Source of the DNA: an uncultured Pseudomonadota bacterium
GTDB lineage: Bacteria > Myxococcota_A > UBA796 > SXON01
Assembly: GCA_903891165.1 (NCBI GenBank)
Contig: CAITDR010000124.1
Location: 2,088-66,087 of the forward strand
Direction of reading: 5' to 3'
DNA: 64,000 nt
Positions 9,120 to 17,836 of this stretch are shown here, piece after piece. Every line of letters begins with the position of its first letter. Positions within the stretch are counted from its first letter, which is position 1. The translations under genes were made by a program, and so were the position numbers. Under the pieces are notes generated by a model. The model was not told where the DNA came from. It did no database searches and worked only from the letters and a program-made list of their open reading frames with translations.

Positions 9120-10825
9120 GCGCCCATCTCCCGCAGAATACTCTCGGCCTCGGTGGCGTGGCGGGGTACCTCCCCCACCACCCGCTGCAGAGCCGACCGG
9201 GCATTTTTGGAGCCCGAAGCTCTAAGTCCTTGGAGAGCCATCCGCTGCGTGTAGGGGTTGGAGGAGCGCTTCTGGCCCAAGGCCAGGGCCATCAGCACCG
9301 CGTCCGCCTCTCCCTTGAGGGTCCGCCCCAAACAGATACACAGCGCTCGGATTTCCGCCTCAGAAGCCTTTTCTATCTCGGCAGCAGTCAGACGTGCCTC
9401 GATACGGCGGGCCTGTTGGGTGTCGCGGGCCGCGATCACATGGCGCAACACTTCGAGGCGCACCCCCTCGGCGGGGTCTACAAAAAGCTCCTGCACCCGC
9501 GTGCGCAGCCGTTGGGAGGGGAAACGTCGCAAGGCATAGAGGGCAGCCTCGCGGATCTCCGCGTCCTCATTGGCGGTCATCGCCAGGATGGGTTCGCCCA
9601 GACGTGCATCGTCCACCCGGGCCGCCATCCCCAGCCCCAGGCGCACCCGCCCCGGATCCTCCGACAGCACGCGACTACGTACGGAGTCGAACAGATCCAC
9701 CTCGTCCCCTTGCTCCCTCAACACCACCGCATCGGCCACCACGCGGATCGCCCAGACCGGCAACACCATCACCACCCGGCGCAGCAGATCCTCCACCGTC
9801 ACCACGGTACCCAGGGAGAAAAGAATCGCTCGCCACTCCGGGTTCTCCTCCCTCGGCACCGCAAGGCGCAAGTGTTCGATCACCTCTGGATCGACGAATT
9901 CGGCCAAGGACGCCACCACCGAGGAACGCCAGTGGAGCTGCGGCGTACACTCGGGATCCAGGAGCTCCAGAAGGCGGTGTATGCCCGCCGTGTTGGTATT
10001 CCCGGCTACAATCTGGCGCACCAAAAAATCGATCATCGCCCGACCCAGCAGCTCCACCCGCTCCGGGTTCTCGATGGTGTGCATACATAAACCCAGCACC
10101 GCCGGCAGCTCGGGCCCCCCCAGATCCTGCCCCTGCCGAAGCTGCTCCAGATCCTGTTGGATACGGGGCACCAGCTCAAAACCCAGCTTCAGATCAGCAG
10201 AACGGCTGCGTTCCCCCACATCCTCGCGCAGGCGCAGCAGCACCTCCACTTCGTCCTGGCGCATCAAGCCAGACTCTTCTGAAGCTTCAGCCTCCGCTTC
10301 CAGAGACTCGATCATCTCTTCCACACGACGCACGGCGGGACTGTCGCCGTCGGTCTGCTCGTCCACCAGACGCTCCACCAGCTCCATCCGCACATGCGAA
10401 AAGTCCGATTCCCAGACCGCCGTCGCCAAATCGGATTCGTCGTTCTTCCGTTCATGCCAGGGAGTAACCAGGATTTCTGCGAGCTGGTCCAGCTCCACCA
10501 CAGTCACCCCGGCCTCAATGGTCACGGCGCGGACGCCCTCCGAGTAGAGCACCTCCACCAGATCTCCCTTTCGTTCGGTAGCCTCCATCACCGGATGATC
10601 GGTATGGTAGATGGCATCGGGCATGACATCCAGCTGCAGGCGGGAATGCTGCTCCAACGCGGCGCGGATAGAATCCTGATACTGATTCTTGAATCGATTC
10701 TCTACCTGGCTTACTTTCTCGGTATTCATCCCCTCAAGGAGCTTTGCGCTGCGACGTTCTCGCACCAGCGCACCCAGCGCGGTGCGAAGCAGGGCGACAG
10801 AGCGGTCAGAGGTCGGTGCGGCCAT
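9116..10825 (-). CDS. HEAT-repeat protein
   Basis: C-terminal HEAT repeats (DAEIREAALYAL, EGVRLEVL); coupled to the HD-GYP-like gene. Confidence 0.7.
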   Translation of the reverse strand: MAAPTSDRSVALLRTALGALVRERRSAKLLEGMNTEKVSQVENRFKNQYQDSIRAALEQHSRLQLDVMPDAIYHTDHPVMEATERKGDLVEVLYSEGVRAVTIEAGVTVVELDQLAEILVTPWHERKNDESDLATAVWESDFSHVRMELVERLVDEQTDGDSPAVRRVEEMIESLEAEAEASEESGLMRQDEVEVLLRLREDVGERSRSADLKLGFELVPRIQQDLEQLRQGQDLGGPELPAVLGLCMHTIENPERVELLGRAMIDFLVRQIVAGNTNTAGIHRLLELLDPECTPQLHWRSSVVASLAEFVDPEVIEHLRLAVPREENPEWRAILFSLGTVVTVEDLLRRVVMVLPVWAIRVVADAVVLREQGDEVDLFDSVRSRVLSEDPGRVRLGLGMAARVDDARLGEPILAMTANEDAEIREAALYALRRFPSQRLRTRVQELFVDPAEGVRLEVLRHVIAARDTQQARRIEARLTAAEIEKASEAEIRALCICLGRTLKGEADAVLMALALGQKRSSNPYTQRMALQGLRASGSKNARSALQRVVGEVPRHATEAESILREMGA

Positions 10826-10885
10826 CTGCTAGGGATAACCCAATCCGCTCTGGAGGGGACCCCCAGGATCCGATAAGGAGGGGCG

Positions 10886-12820
10886 GTGGAAGCTACCGGA
10901 CTGAGCGAAATTTTTGTCACCCTTGGCATACTCACCCAAGAGCAGCTGACGGGCGCGCGCGCTGAAATGACTGATGAGGAAGAAGGCATCTTTATCGAAC
11001 GTCTTTTGCTTCAAGGGCTGCTGACGGAGGAGGCTCTGGCCCGTGCCCTGGCCACCCGGTACCGACTCAACATGGTGCCCTTGGATCGGCTTGGGAAGCT
11101 GAACGTCTCCCCGGAGATCCTGTCGCTGCTGCCCGCCGAGCTGATGCGCAGCCGCCTTCTGCTGCCCACCTTCCTGGATGCAGAAAAAGGGGTTCTTTCG
11201 CTGCTTACTGCCGATCCCACCGATGGAGATGCCCTGCGGCTGGCCCAAGAGGCCGCTGGTGCTGAGCGCCTCCGACTTTTTGTTGCACCGCGGACGGCGC
11301 TGGATGCGCTGATTCAACGGCTGCTCCCCGACGGGGAGGACTCCGGGGTCCACACGGCGCTGCGCTCGCTGACGGTGGCCTGGGAGCCCATTCCTCAGCT
11401 GGCCGACCGCCTGTGTGGTCTGGTGGACCCGACGCGGGTGGCCGTGGCCCGCAGCTCGGAGGAGGTGCTGGCGCTGCTGCACGCGGGGCGGGTGGAGCGG
11501 CTCTTGCACCGTCCTGAAGTTCGGATGTTGGTAGAGGCACATCTTCCGCAATGGAAGAGACTTCATCCCCAGCTCTTGGTAGGAGAGGTCTCCAGTTGGG
11601 GGCCGGACGCGCAGCCGGCTATCCCCTATGACCGCAGCCGTGATGTGCTCCACCGCACGATTGAACGCAGCTTTATAGCCCTGGAACGCCGTGATCCCGA
11701 GGGGCGACAACGTCTGCGGCGCCTGTATCAGCTGGCGCGGGACATGGCCCGACGCCTGGAGCTGACCCTGGAGCAACAGGACGCAGTCGTGTTGGCTGCT
11801 CTTCTTTTGGGCCTGGAGGATCCCACCACGGATGGCGGACGTTTTGTGTTGGTACGCGACGCCATCCGGGAGCTGGAGCCCCCCTACGATCTGGAGCCGA
11901 TCCTGGTGGCGCTGGAGCGGCGTATCTCTGGGGTGGATGGTCCAACGCGGATTTTTGAGGTGGAGATCCTGTACACCGCACGTGCGGCGGCACGTCTGGG
12001 GCTGCGTGACGGGGAGGACACTCTGGCGGCCTTTGGACTGGAGGCTACTCGCCACGATGGCCCGACGCTGCGGATCCTCGGCGAAGTACTAGCGACCCGG
12101 ACCCTTCCGCCACCCTCCAGCCCTCCAGAAACCATTTTGGTGGCCGAGCGCGACAGTACGCTGATCGCCGCATTAGAGGCGCGTTTAACCAGCGTGGGCT
12201 TCCAGGTTCTTACCGTAGGCGATGGCGAGCAGGCGATCGCCGCTGCACGCCGCCTGCCGGTGGCGGCAGTGATCGCGAATATGCGTCTGCCCAAAAAGGA
12301 TGGGACGACGCTCCTTTTGGAGCTTCGGCGGGATGCGCAGCTTGGAGATATCCCCGTTTTTCTCCTGTCGGAGAGCGGCAGCCCCGCCGACGTGGCGCGT
12401 GGCCTGGAGCTTGGGGCAGAAGATGTCTTACTACGTCCATTTTCACTCGATGGACTGCTGATCAAGCTGCGGCGGGTGCTGGATCGACGCAGCCATACGG
12501 CGGAGTCGGCGATGCGCGGCCAGTTGCGCTTTCTGCCGCTGGTGGAGCTGCTGCAGATGCTGATGATGGGCGGGAGAACGGCCTGGATTCACATCACCAG
12601 CAGCGCGGAAGATGGGATGGTACAGGTGCGGAACGGGCGGATTGTGGCGGCCGAGCTGGGTGCAGCCTGGCAGGGGGTGGAAGCCCTCTACACCATGGTG
12701 GACCTGGACGACGGGCGCTTCTCCGTACATTTTGGCGATCTCAACCGCACAAACCTGCAAGGGAACAGCGAGTTTTTGCTGTTGGAAGCCTTGCGGAGAC
12801 GCGACGAACGCCGGGGCTGA
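10886..12820 (+). CDS. Multidomain signalling protein: MshEN/GspE-N, degenerate HD, receiver, DUF4388
   Basis: N-terminal LLQGLLTEEALARALA; atypical REC (ILVAER, NMRLP); C-terminal MRGQL..L.ELLQML DUF4388 pattern. Confidence 0.75.
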   Translation: MEATGLSEIFVTLGILTQEQLTGARAEMTDEEEGIFIERLLLQGLLTEEALARALATRYRLNMVPLDRLGKLNVSPEILSLLPAELMRSRLLLPTFLDAEKGVLSLLTADPTDGDALRLAQEAAGAERLRLFVAPRTALDALIQRLLPDGEDSGVHTALRSLTVAWEPIPQLADRLCGLVDPTRVAVARSSEEVLALLHAGRVERLLHRPEVRMLVEAHLPQWKRLHPQLLVGEVSSWGPDAQPAIPYDRSRDVLHRTIERSFIALERRDPEGRQRLRRLYQLARDMARRLELTLEQQDAVVLAALLLGLEDPTTDGGRFVLVRDAIRELEPPYDLEPILVALERRISGVDGPTRIFEVEILYTARAAARLGLRDGEDTLAAFGLEATRHDGPTLRILGEVLATRTLPPPSSPPETILVAERDSTLIAALEARLTSVGFQVLTVGDGEQAIAAARRLPVAAVIANMRLPKKDGTTLLLELRRDAQLGDIPVFLLSESGSPADVARGLELGAEDVLLRPFSLDGLLIKLRRVLDRRSHTAESAMRGQLRFLPLVELLQMLMMGGRTAWIHITSSAEDGMVQVRNGRIVAAELGAAWQGVEALYTMVDLDDGRFSVHFGDLNRTNLQGNSEFLLLEALRRRDERRG

Positions 12821-12828
12821 GATACAAC

Positions 12829-12858
12829 TTGACATCTTGTGGGGGCCTCGGATACGCT
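12829..12858 (+). promoter_or_regulatory. Putative sigma-70 promoter
   Basis: TTGACA-N18-TACGCT. Confidence 0.5.
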
Positions 12859-13163
12859 CCTGAGGACGAAAAATTCACGGTCTGGCGTCGTTTCGCCATG
12901 GACTGGTTCAAGGTGGCCAAGGGCTGCTGGGGGAGGAGGAGGCCAAGGGCCTTGGCGTCTCTCCCGCGCGGACCGGCCGGATCGCTGCTTCCTCCTCCTC
13001 TCCCTCCGTCCCTTTCTTGCGGCCGGTGGCCTCCCTTCCCCGCGAAGGTCGTGGCCCCACGGCTCCCCACCGCTCCCGCTCTGCCGCCCTGTCCGGGGCC
13101 TGCCTTGGCTTTTTTCTACTCCTTCAACCTTATGAATCCCGAAAATTATTTTCTCAAAAGCCC

Positions 13164-13192
13164 TTGATCGCCGCGCGAGGCTGCGCTACAGT
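13164..13192 (+). promoter_or_regulatory. Putative sigma-70 promoter with AT-rich UP element
   Basis: TTGATC-N17-TACAGT preceded by GAAAATTATTTTCTCAAAA. Confidence 0.6.
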
Positions 13193-13332
13193 CAGAGGGT
13201 AGACAAAACCTTCCTTCCCGGCCTGTTGATGCCCTTTCTCGCCTGCCATCGCACCACCGTAACAAGCGACCGCCCCGTGGGCGGCGATGCCCGGCCGTGG
13301 CACTTCTGAGACCGATCCCCCTGGATCTCTCC

Positions 13333-13368
13333 GAAGCCCCGGCCCACGTGCCGGGGCTTCTGCTTTTT
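13333..13368 (+). terminator. Intrinsic terminator / attenuator hairpin
   Basis: Perfect 11-bp stem GAAGCCCCGGC/GCCGGGGCTTC followed by TGCTTTTT. Confidence 0.7.
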
Positions 13369-13496
13369 GGCTATCACCCCCCATATCAACCTGGTTGGGG
13401 GTCGTCTTCTACGCGGTTGTGCACGGAAACGGCGCGACCGGTACCACGGCCCCCCCTCCCCTTCCCCCAACCGAGGCATCGTCCTCTGGAGTCATC

Positions 13497-13661
13497 ATGC
13501 TCAACGAACTTCCTTGTCTTTTCGACGTCAGCCACCGCGACCTGCTGCCTTTGGCACCGGTCGAGCGGTGGCCGACCCTCCGGCCCACCCGGCTCCGCCC
13601 CCAGCGGCAGCCGCCGCCGTTGCCGCTGGAGCGGGGGGCTGACATTCGAATAGCGGCGTAA
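13497..13661 (+). CDS. Small 54-aa hypothetical protein ending -IRIAA
   Basis: GGAG Shine-Dalgarno 5 nt before ATG; terminator immediately after the TAA. Confidence 0.55.
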   Translation: MLNELPCLFDVSHRDLLPLAPVERWPTLRPTRLRPQRQPPPLPLERGADIRIAA

Positions 13662-13663
13662 AC

Positions 13664-13697
13664 AAAAAAGACCCCTCCGAAAGTAGGGGTCTTTTTT
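13664..13697. terminator. Bidirectional intrinsic terminator
   Basis: AAAAAAGACCCCT-N8-AGGGGTCTTTTTT between convergent genes. Confidence 0.85.
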
Positions 13698-13752
13698 ATT
13701 GCCTGCTGGGAGAGACCCACCGACGGATCTCACCCCGCAAAGGGATGCCCGC

Positions 13753-15198
13753 TCAGTACGTCGCCCCCGGCCAAGGATCCCCCATAAAGGGGAAGTCATC
13801 CAGCACGGTCAGGCCGGTATTGCTCACCCCATCCGACACCAGCGAGCTGTAAGAACCCACGAGGAAGCCGGCCAATGCGGTCAGCTCCACATCCACCACG
13901 TCGTCGGTGATGAAGCGCCCGTTGGGGAACTCGCCAAGGCCGTTGGCCGTCCAGCTGGTGCAGCCATTCAGGTTGATGCGCAGGGCCTCGAAGGCCGAGA
14001 AGTTCTTGTTCTCTCCGGAGATCGGCCCGCCGAAGCTGTAGCCGCCCGGCATGGTGCAGAAGCCCGAATAGCCGGTGAGGAAGGCCACCACCAGATCTTC
14101 CCGGCCCGTCACCGCCGTTTCCAGACCGATGGCGGTCAGGTCGAGGGCTGCGTCGGCCTCTACTTCGAGCTGGTTGGCGTCGGGCGTACCCAGCACGGCG
14201 TTCATGTAGATGGGCAGCAGGGGCTCCGCAACCCAGCTCAAAAACTGGAGGTCGTCGCTGGGATGACTCGCGTTGAAGATGTCTTTTTCGCTGATGGGCA
14301 ACACGGCTTCGTTCACCAGCGGCATACCCAGACGCGACACCTGCACCCACTCGCCACGATCCTTGTGGCTGGCGTCGGCACGCCGAACCGTCAGCGCCCG
14401 GCGGGAGGTGGTGGACCATGCGGCGATCACGTCGTTCTGACGTCCACTACTGGGTGCCAACCCATCGCGGGTCAGGCTGTCCGCATCCACTTCAATGGCG
14501 ATGGAGTGGACGTTGAAGCCATAGAGCGAGTTGGTATTGGCCGTTACACCCACACCCAGAAGATCGAAGGTGTGCGCCAGGTCCACATAGAACTCCTCCT
14601 GCCGGGGACCGGCAAAGTAGCTGTAGTCCGCGCCGCCTACCGTCGTATTGTAGGTGTGTGTGGTGGTGATGATTCCGCCCGCCGCATCAGTGGGATCGTA
14701 GCCACCCACGATCATCGAGCGCGGGCCCACATTCGCCGGAGCCACATCGCCCTGCCCGATCACCGTGGAGGTGGAGCCGTCCACCCGGGTCAGCGTGTAG
14801 GTCTGGGCGATGTTGATGTCTTCGATGCCATCCACGCCCTGCACCCCGCCATTGCCGACGCCAAAGGCCACGCCGTCATTGTAGAGGAAGGTGTCAGGAA
14901 TATTGTACGTCGTGTTGGTCTGGAACTGAAAGGTGATGTCCTCCTGGCCGTCCCCTTCGTTGTCGATGTGGATCTGGTAGAGCACATCGTCGTCGAAGTT
15001 GTGGAAGTTGGGACCGCTGTAGGGCGCCTGCAGCGGCAGGACGTTCATGATGAACACCACCTTCGAGGTGTCGTTGGGGTTGCGGAACATATAGAAGTCG
15101 GTGATGTCCGCCGAAGGATCCCGCGAAATTGCGGGGGCTTCCCGGTGAGAGGAGGCCAGGACATTCGGGCTTGCCGCGAGAAGAAGAACGCTAAGCAT
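13753..15198 (-). CDS. DUF4331 domain secreted protein
   Basis: ASSHREAP, ADITDFYMF, WVQVSRLGMPLVNE, FPNGR..DDVVD. Confidence 0.88.
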   Translation of the reverse strand: MLSVLLLAASPNVLASSHREAPAISRDPSADITDFYMFRNPNDTSKVVFIMNVLPLQAPYSGPNFHNFDDDVLYQIHIDNEGDGQEDITFQFQTNTTYNIPDTFLYNDGVAFGVGNGGVQGVDGIEDINIAQTYTLTRVDGSTSTVIGQGDVAPANVGPRSMIVGGYDPTDAAGGIITTTHTYNTTVGGADYSYFAGPRQEEFYVDLAHTFDLLGVGVTANTNSLYGFNVHSIAIEVDADSLTRDGLAPSSGRQNDVIAAWSTTSRRALTVRRADASHKDRGEWVQVSRLGMPLVNEAVLPISEKDIFNASHPSDDLQFLSWVAEPLLPIYMNAVLGTPDANQLEVEADAALDLTAIGLETAVTGREDLVVAFLTGYSGFCTMPGGYSFGGPISGENKNFSAFEALRINLNGCTSWTANGLGEFPNGRFITDDVVDVELTALAGFLVGSYSSLVSDGVSNTGLTVLDDFPFMGDPWPGATY

Positions 15199-15210
15199 GG
15201 GTGCCTCGAT

Positions 15211-17475
15211 TCAGTAAGAGAGGGTGTAGATGTCGGCAGCGGCGCTGTCGGAGACATCAGAGAAATACAGGTTTAAGGCGCTGGAAGCGACACCAGTCGG
15301 AAGTTTGAGCCCACTGGTGGGCAGCTCCTCCGTCAGGCTTCCGTCGCTCTTGAGCCCGGTGACGCCGGAAGACTGGATATGGCTGTAGAAAAGCCAGCTT
15401 CCATCCTCGCTGACTGCCAGTCCGCCGGGGAAGGACACCTTGAAGCCGGTGGCCAGGGTGCTGTAGGTGGAGAAGTTGCTGGAAAGCGCCAACAAGGCCG
15501 ATTTCTGGGCACCCGCCCGCGCGTCCACCACATATACCCTGGTACCGTCCGGACTCACCGCCAGCGCCAGTGGCTCCGACAGGGGGCTGCCGACGTGCTC
15601 GGCCACGGGTGTACCCCCGTTGGCATCCATGGAGAAAATGGCCGGGTAGCCATTCAGCTCGTTGCTCGTTACGTCGTCCCTTCCACTGATATACAGTGTA
15701 AGTCCGTCGGGAGAGACGGCGACATCGCCGGGCATGTCCACCACGCCGCCCGCTCCCAGCTCCACGCAGCTTCCGCTGCTTACATCCACCGCAAAGACCT
15801 CTCCGATGTGATCCGCCGAGCTGGTTTCAGCAGCAGCATCGGCCACATAGAGGGTGGTTCCGTCGGGAGACAGCGCCAGACCGGTGGGCTGTACCAGAGG
15901 ATCTCCGCTGTAGATCTCGGTGATGGCGCCGGTGCTCAGGTCCACCCCCACCACGGCCGCTTCGCCCGCGGTGTTGAAGCCCACGGCATAGAGGGAGGTG
16001 GCATTGGCGGCCACGTCGATGGCTTCGCTCAGGTCTGCGGTAGCAGAGATCGGGGAAAATGCTGCATTTTCCAGGGGATCGTCGGCATTGGCCACATAGC
16101 CGCTGGGCTGGCTGCAGGAGGTGAGCATGGTGTCGGGGTCGCCGGAGCCATCTCCGTCGCGGTCGATGTACCAGGTGCCGCCCACCACAGCGGTGTCGTT
16201 GTCGTCGATAAGCCCGTCGCAGTCATTATCTACTGTGTCGCAGATTTCATCTACACCAGGGTTCAAGCTGGCATCTGCGTCGTCACAGTCGCCATCGGCG
16301 GGGGCTTCGCCGGGAAGCGCCTCGCAAGAAACCGTCGCATTGCCAGTTCCGTAGCCATCGCCATCGGCGTCGGTGTACCAGCTGCTGGCGCCCACCACGC
16401 CCACGTCATCGTCGTCGGCGACGCCGTTGCAGTCTTCGTCCACGTTGCCGCTGTCACAGACTTCGATGGCATCGGGGTTGACGAAGGGATCGCTGTCGTC
16501 GCAGTCGTTGCCATCGGCCACGCCGATGGCCGCACAGGCGACCAGGCCGGTGCTGGCGTTGCCAAAGCCGTCGCCGTCGTTGTCCTGGTACCAGGTGGTC
16601 GCGTTCTGGAGGTTGGGATCGTCGTCATCGACGAGGGCATCGCAGTTGTTGTCCTGGCTGTCGCAGATCTCAGCATTGCCAGGGTACAAGGCGCTGTTGC
16701 TATCGTCGCAGTCATCGCTGGAAGAGGCGTAGCCCGCCGGTGCGCGGCATGCCTCGATGGTGGCAGCGACCGTGCCGTGGCCATCCAGGTCATTGTCGGC
16801 GTAGAAGCTGCTCTGACCGGTGACGTCGGCATCGGCATCGTCGGTGTTGCCATCGCAGTCGTTGTCCAGACCGTCGCAGACTTCGGTGCCGCCAGGGCGG
16901 GCTTCTGCAGAGCTGTCGTCGCAATCCACTGGCTCGTTGACATAGCCGTTGGGCGCGGTGCAGGCCACAATCGGGCTGGTCTGGTCGCCGTAGCCATCGC
17001 TGTCGCGGTCGGCGTAGAAGGTGGCGCCGCCGGTGCGGTTGGGGTCGGCATCGTCGATCAGGCCGTCGCAGTCGTTATCCACACTGTCGCAGACTTCAGA
17101 GGCGTCAGGGTTGATCGCCGCGTCGGCATCGTTGCAGTCTTCGTCGTTGGTGACGTGGCCGGTCGGTGCAGCGCAGGCGGTGATTCCCGTGCCCGCACCG
17201 GCGCCGTCGCCGTCGGCAGCGGCGTAGAAGCTGGTACCGCCGGTGACGGTAGGATCGGCGTCGTCCGCCAATTCGTCGCAGTTGTTGTCCTGACCATCGC
17301 AGATCTCGGCGGCTGCCGGATTTACGTTGGCGTCGTTGTCATTACAGTCTTCACCCGCCGAAAAACCGTCGGCATCCAGATCGGAGGGAGCAGGTCCCGT
17401 ATCTTTGCCGGTATCGTTGGGTGGAGGACAACCTGCCAATACGGCCAGGCTGCTCAGGAGAAGCAAGGTTCTCAT
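15211..17475 (-). CDS. Lipoprotein with MopE-type Cys/Asp repeats and a C-terminal beta-propeller
   Basis: LAGC lipobox; six full and one partial DxDxDG...DCxD..PxxxExCDxxDNxC repeats; repeated AVSPDG..Y blades. Confidence 0.85.
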   Translation of the reverse strand: MRTLLLLSSLAVLAGCPPPNDTGKDTGPAPSDLDADGFSAGEDCNDNDANVNPAAAEICDGQDNNCDELADDADPTVTGGTSFYAAADGDGAGAGTGITACAAPTGHVTNDEDCNDADAAINPDASEVCDSVDNDCDGLIDDADPNRTGGATFYADRDSDGYGDQTSPIVACTAPNGYVNEPVDCDDSSAEARPGGTEVCDGLDNDCDGNTDDADADVTGQSSFYADNDLDGHGTVAATIEACRAPAGYASSSDDCDDSNSALYPGNAEICDSQDNNCDALVDDDDPNLQNATTWYQDNDGDGFGNASTGLVACAAIGVADGNDCDDSDPFVNPDAIEVCDSGNVDEDCNGVADDDDVGVVGASSWYTDADGDGYGTGNATVSCEALPGEAPADGDCDDADASLNPGVDEICDTVDNDCDGLIDDNDTAVVGGTWYIDRDGDGSGDPDTMLTSCSQPSGYVANADDPLENAAFSPISATADLSEAIDVAANATSLYAVGFNTAGEAAVVGVDLSTGAITEIYSGDPLVQPTGLALSPDGTTLYVADAAAETSSADHIGEVFAVDVSSGSCVELGAGGVVDMPGDVAVSPDGLTLYISGRDDVTSNELNGYPAIFSMDANGGTPVAEHVGSPLSEPLALAVSPDGTRVYVVDARAGAQKSALLALSSNFSTYSTLATGFKVSFPGGLAVSEDGSWLFYSHIQSSGVTGLKSDGSLTEELPTSGLKLPTGVASSALNLYFSDVSDSAAADIYTLSY

Positions 17476-17836
17476 CCAGTGACCTCCATCGGCGCGGAAA
17501 GCACCGCGGCCAGGATACGGATTTTGACCAGAAAAGGATCGGCAGGCCTCAAAAGATAGCTCTTTGCAAATTCCGGGAGGGAGGACTCCCTCGGGTGGCG
17601 CAGAAATCCTTCAAAAAATCGACTGTCCTTGCTCCGCTTTTTGCCTGATATCTTCATAAGGCCGCTTGCCCGACCTCTTTGGGCCAAGACCGGAGGCGCC
17701 ACTTTGGTACGCTACCTTACAGATGTCCAGCTTCGGCCCCTGCAATGCTGGCGATCCGTCTGGAATCTGGCAGGCTTGCCGGGAAGAGATGATCCTTTTC
17801 GCATTGCCACGCGTAGTGGCACCAGGAGACCTGACG

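Noticed and set aside
12980-13005. SRP RNA (GGAAGCAGC on the minus strand)
   Set aside because: Lacks the preceding CAGG and GNRA-loop of the conserved SRP helix
13634-13661. tmRNA (GGGGCTGA start and a tag-like ...IAA stop)
   Set aside because: The two features are only about 25 nt apart, and there is no T-arm/acceptor 3' end or room for pseudoknots
7710-17559. Long opposite-strand ORFs (7710-9254, 10829-12055, 13699-15276, 15379-17559)
   Set aside because: Antisense shadows of well-supported genes, expected in high-GC DNA; no motifs
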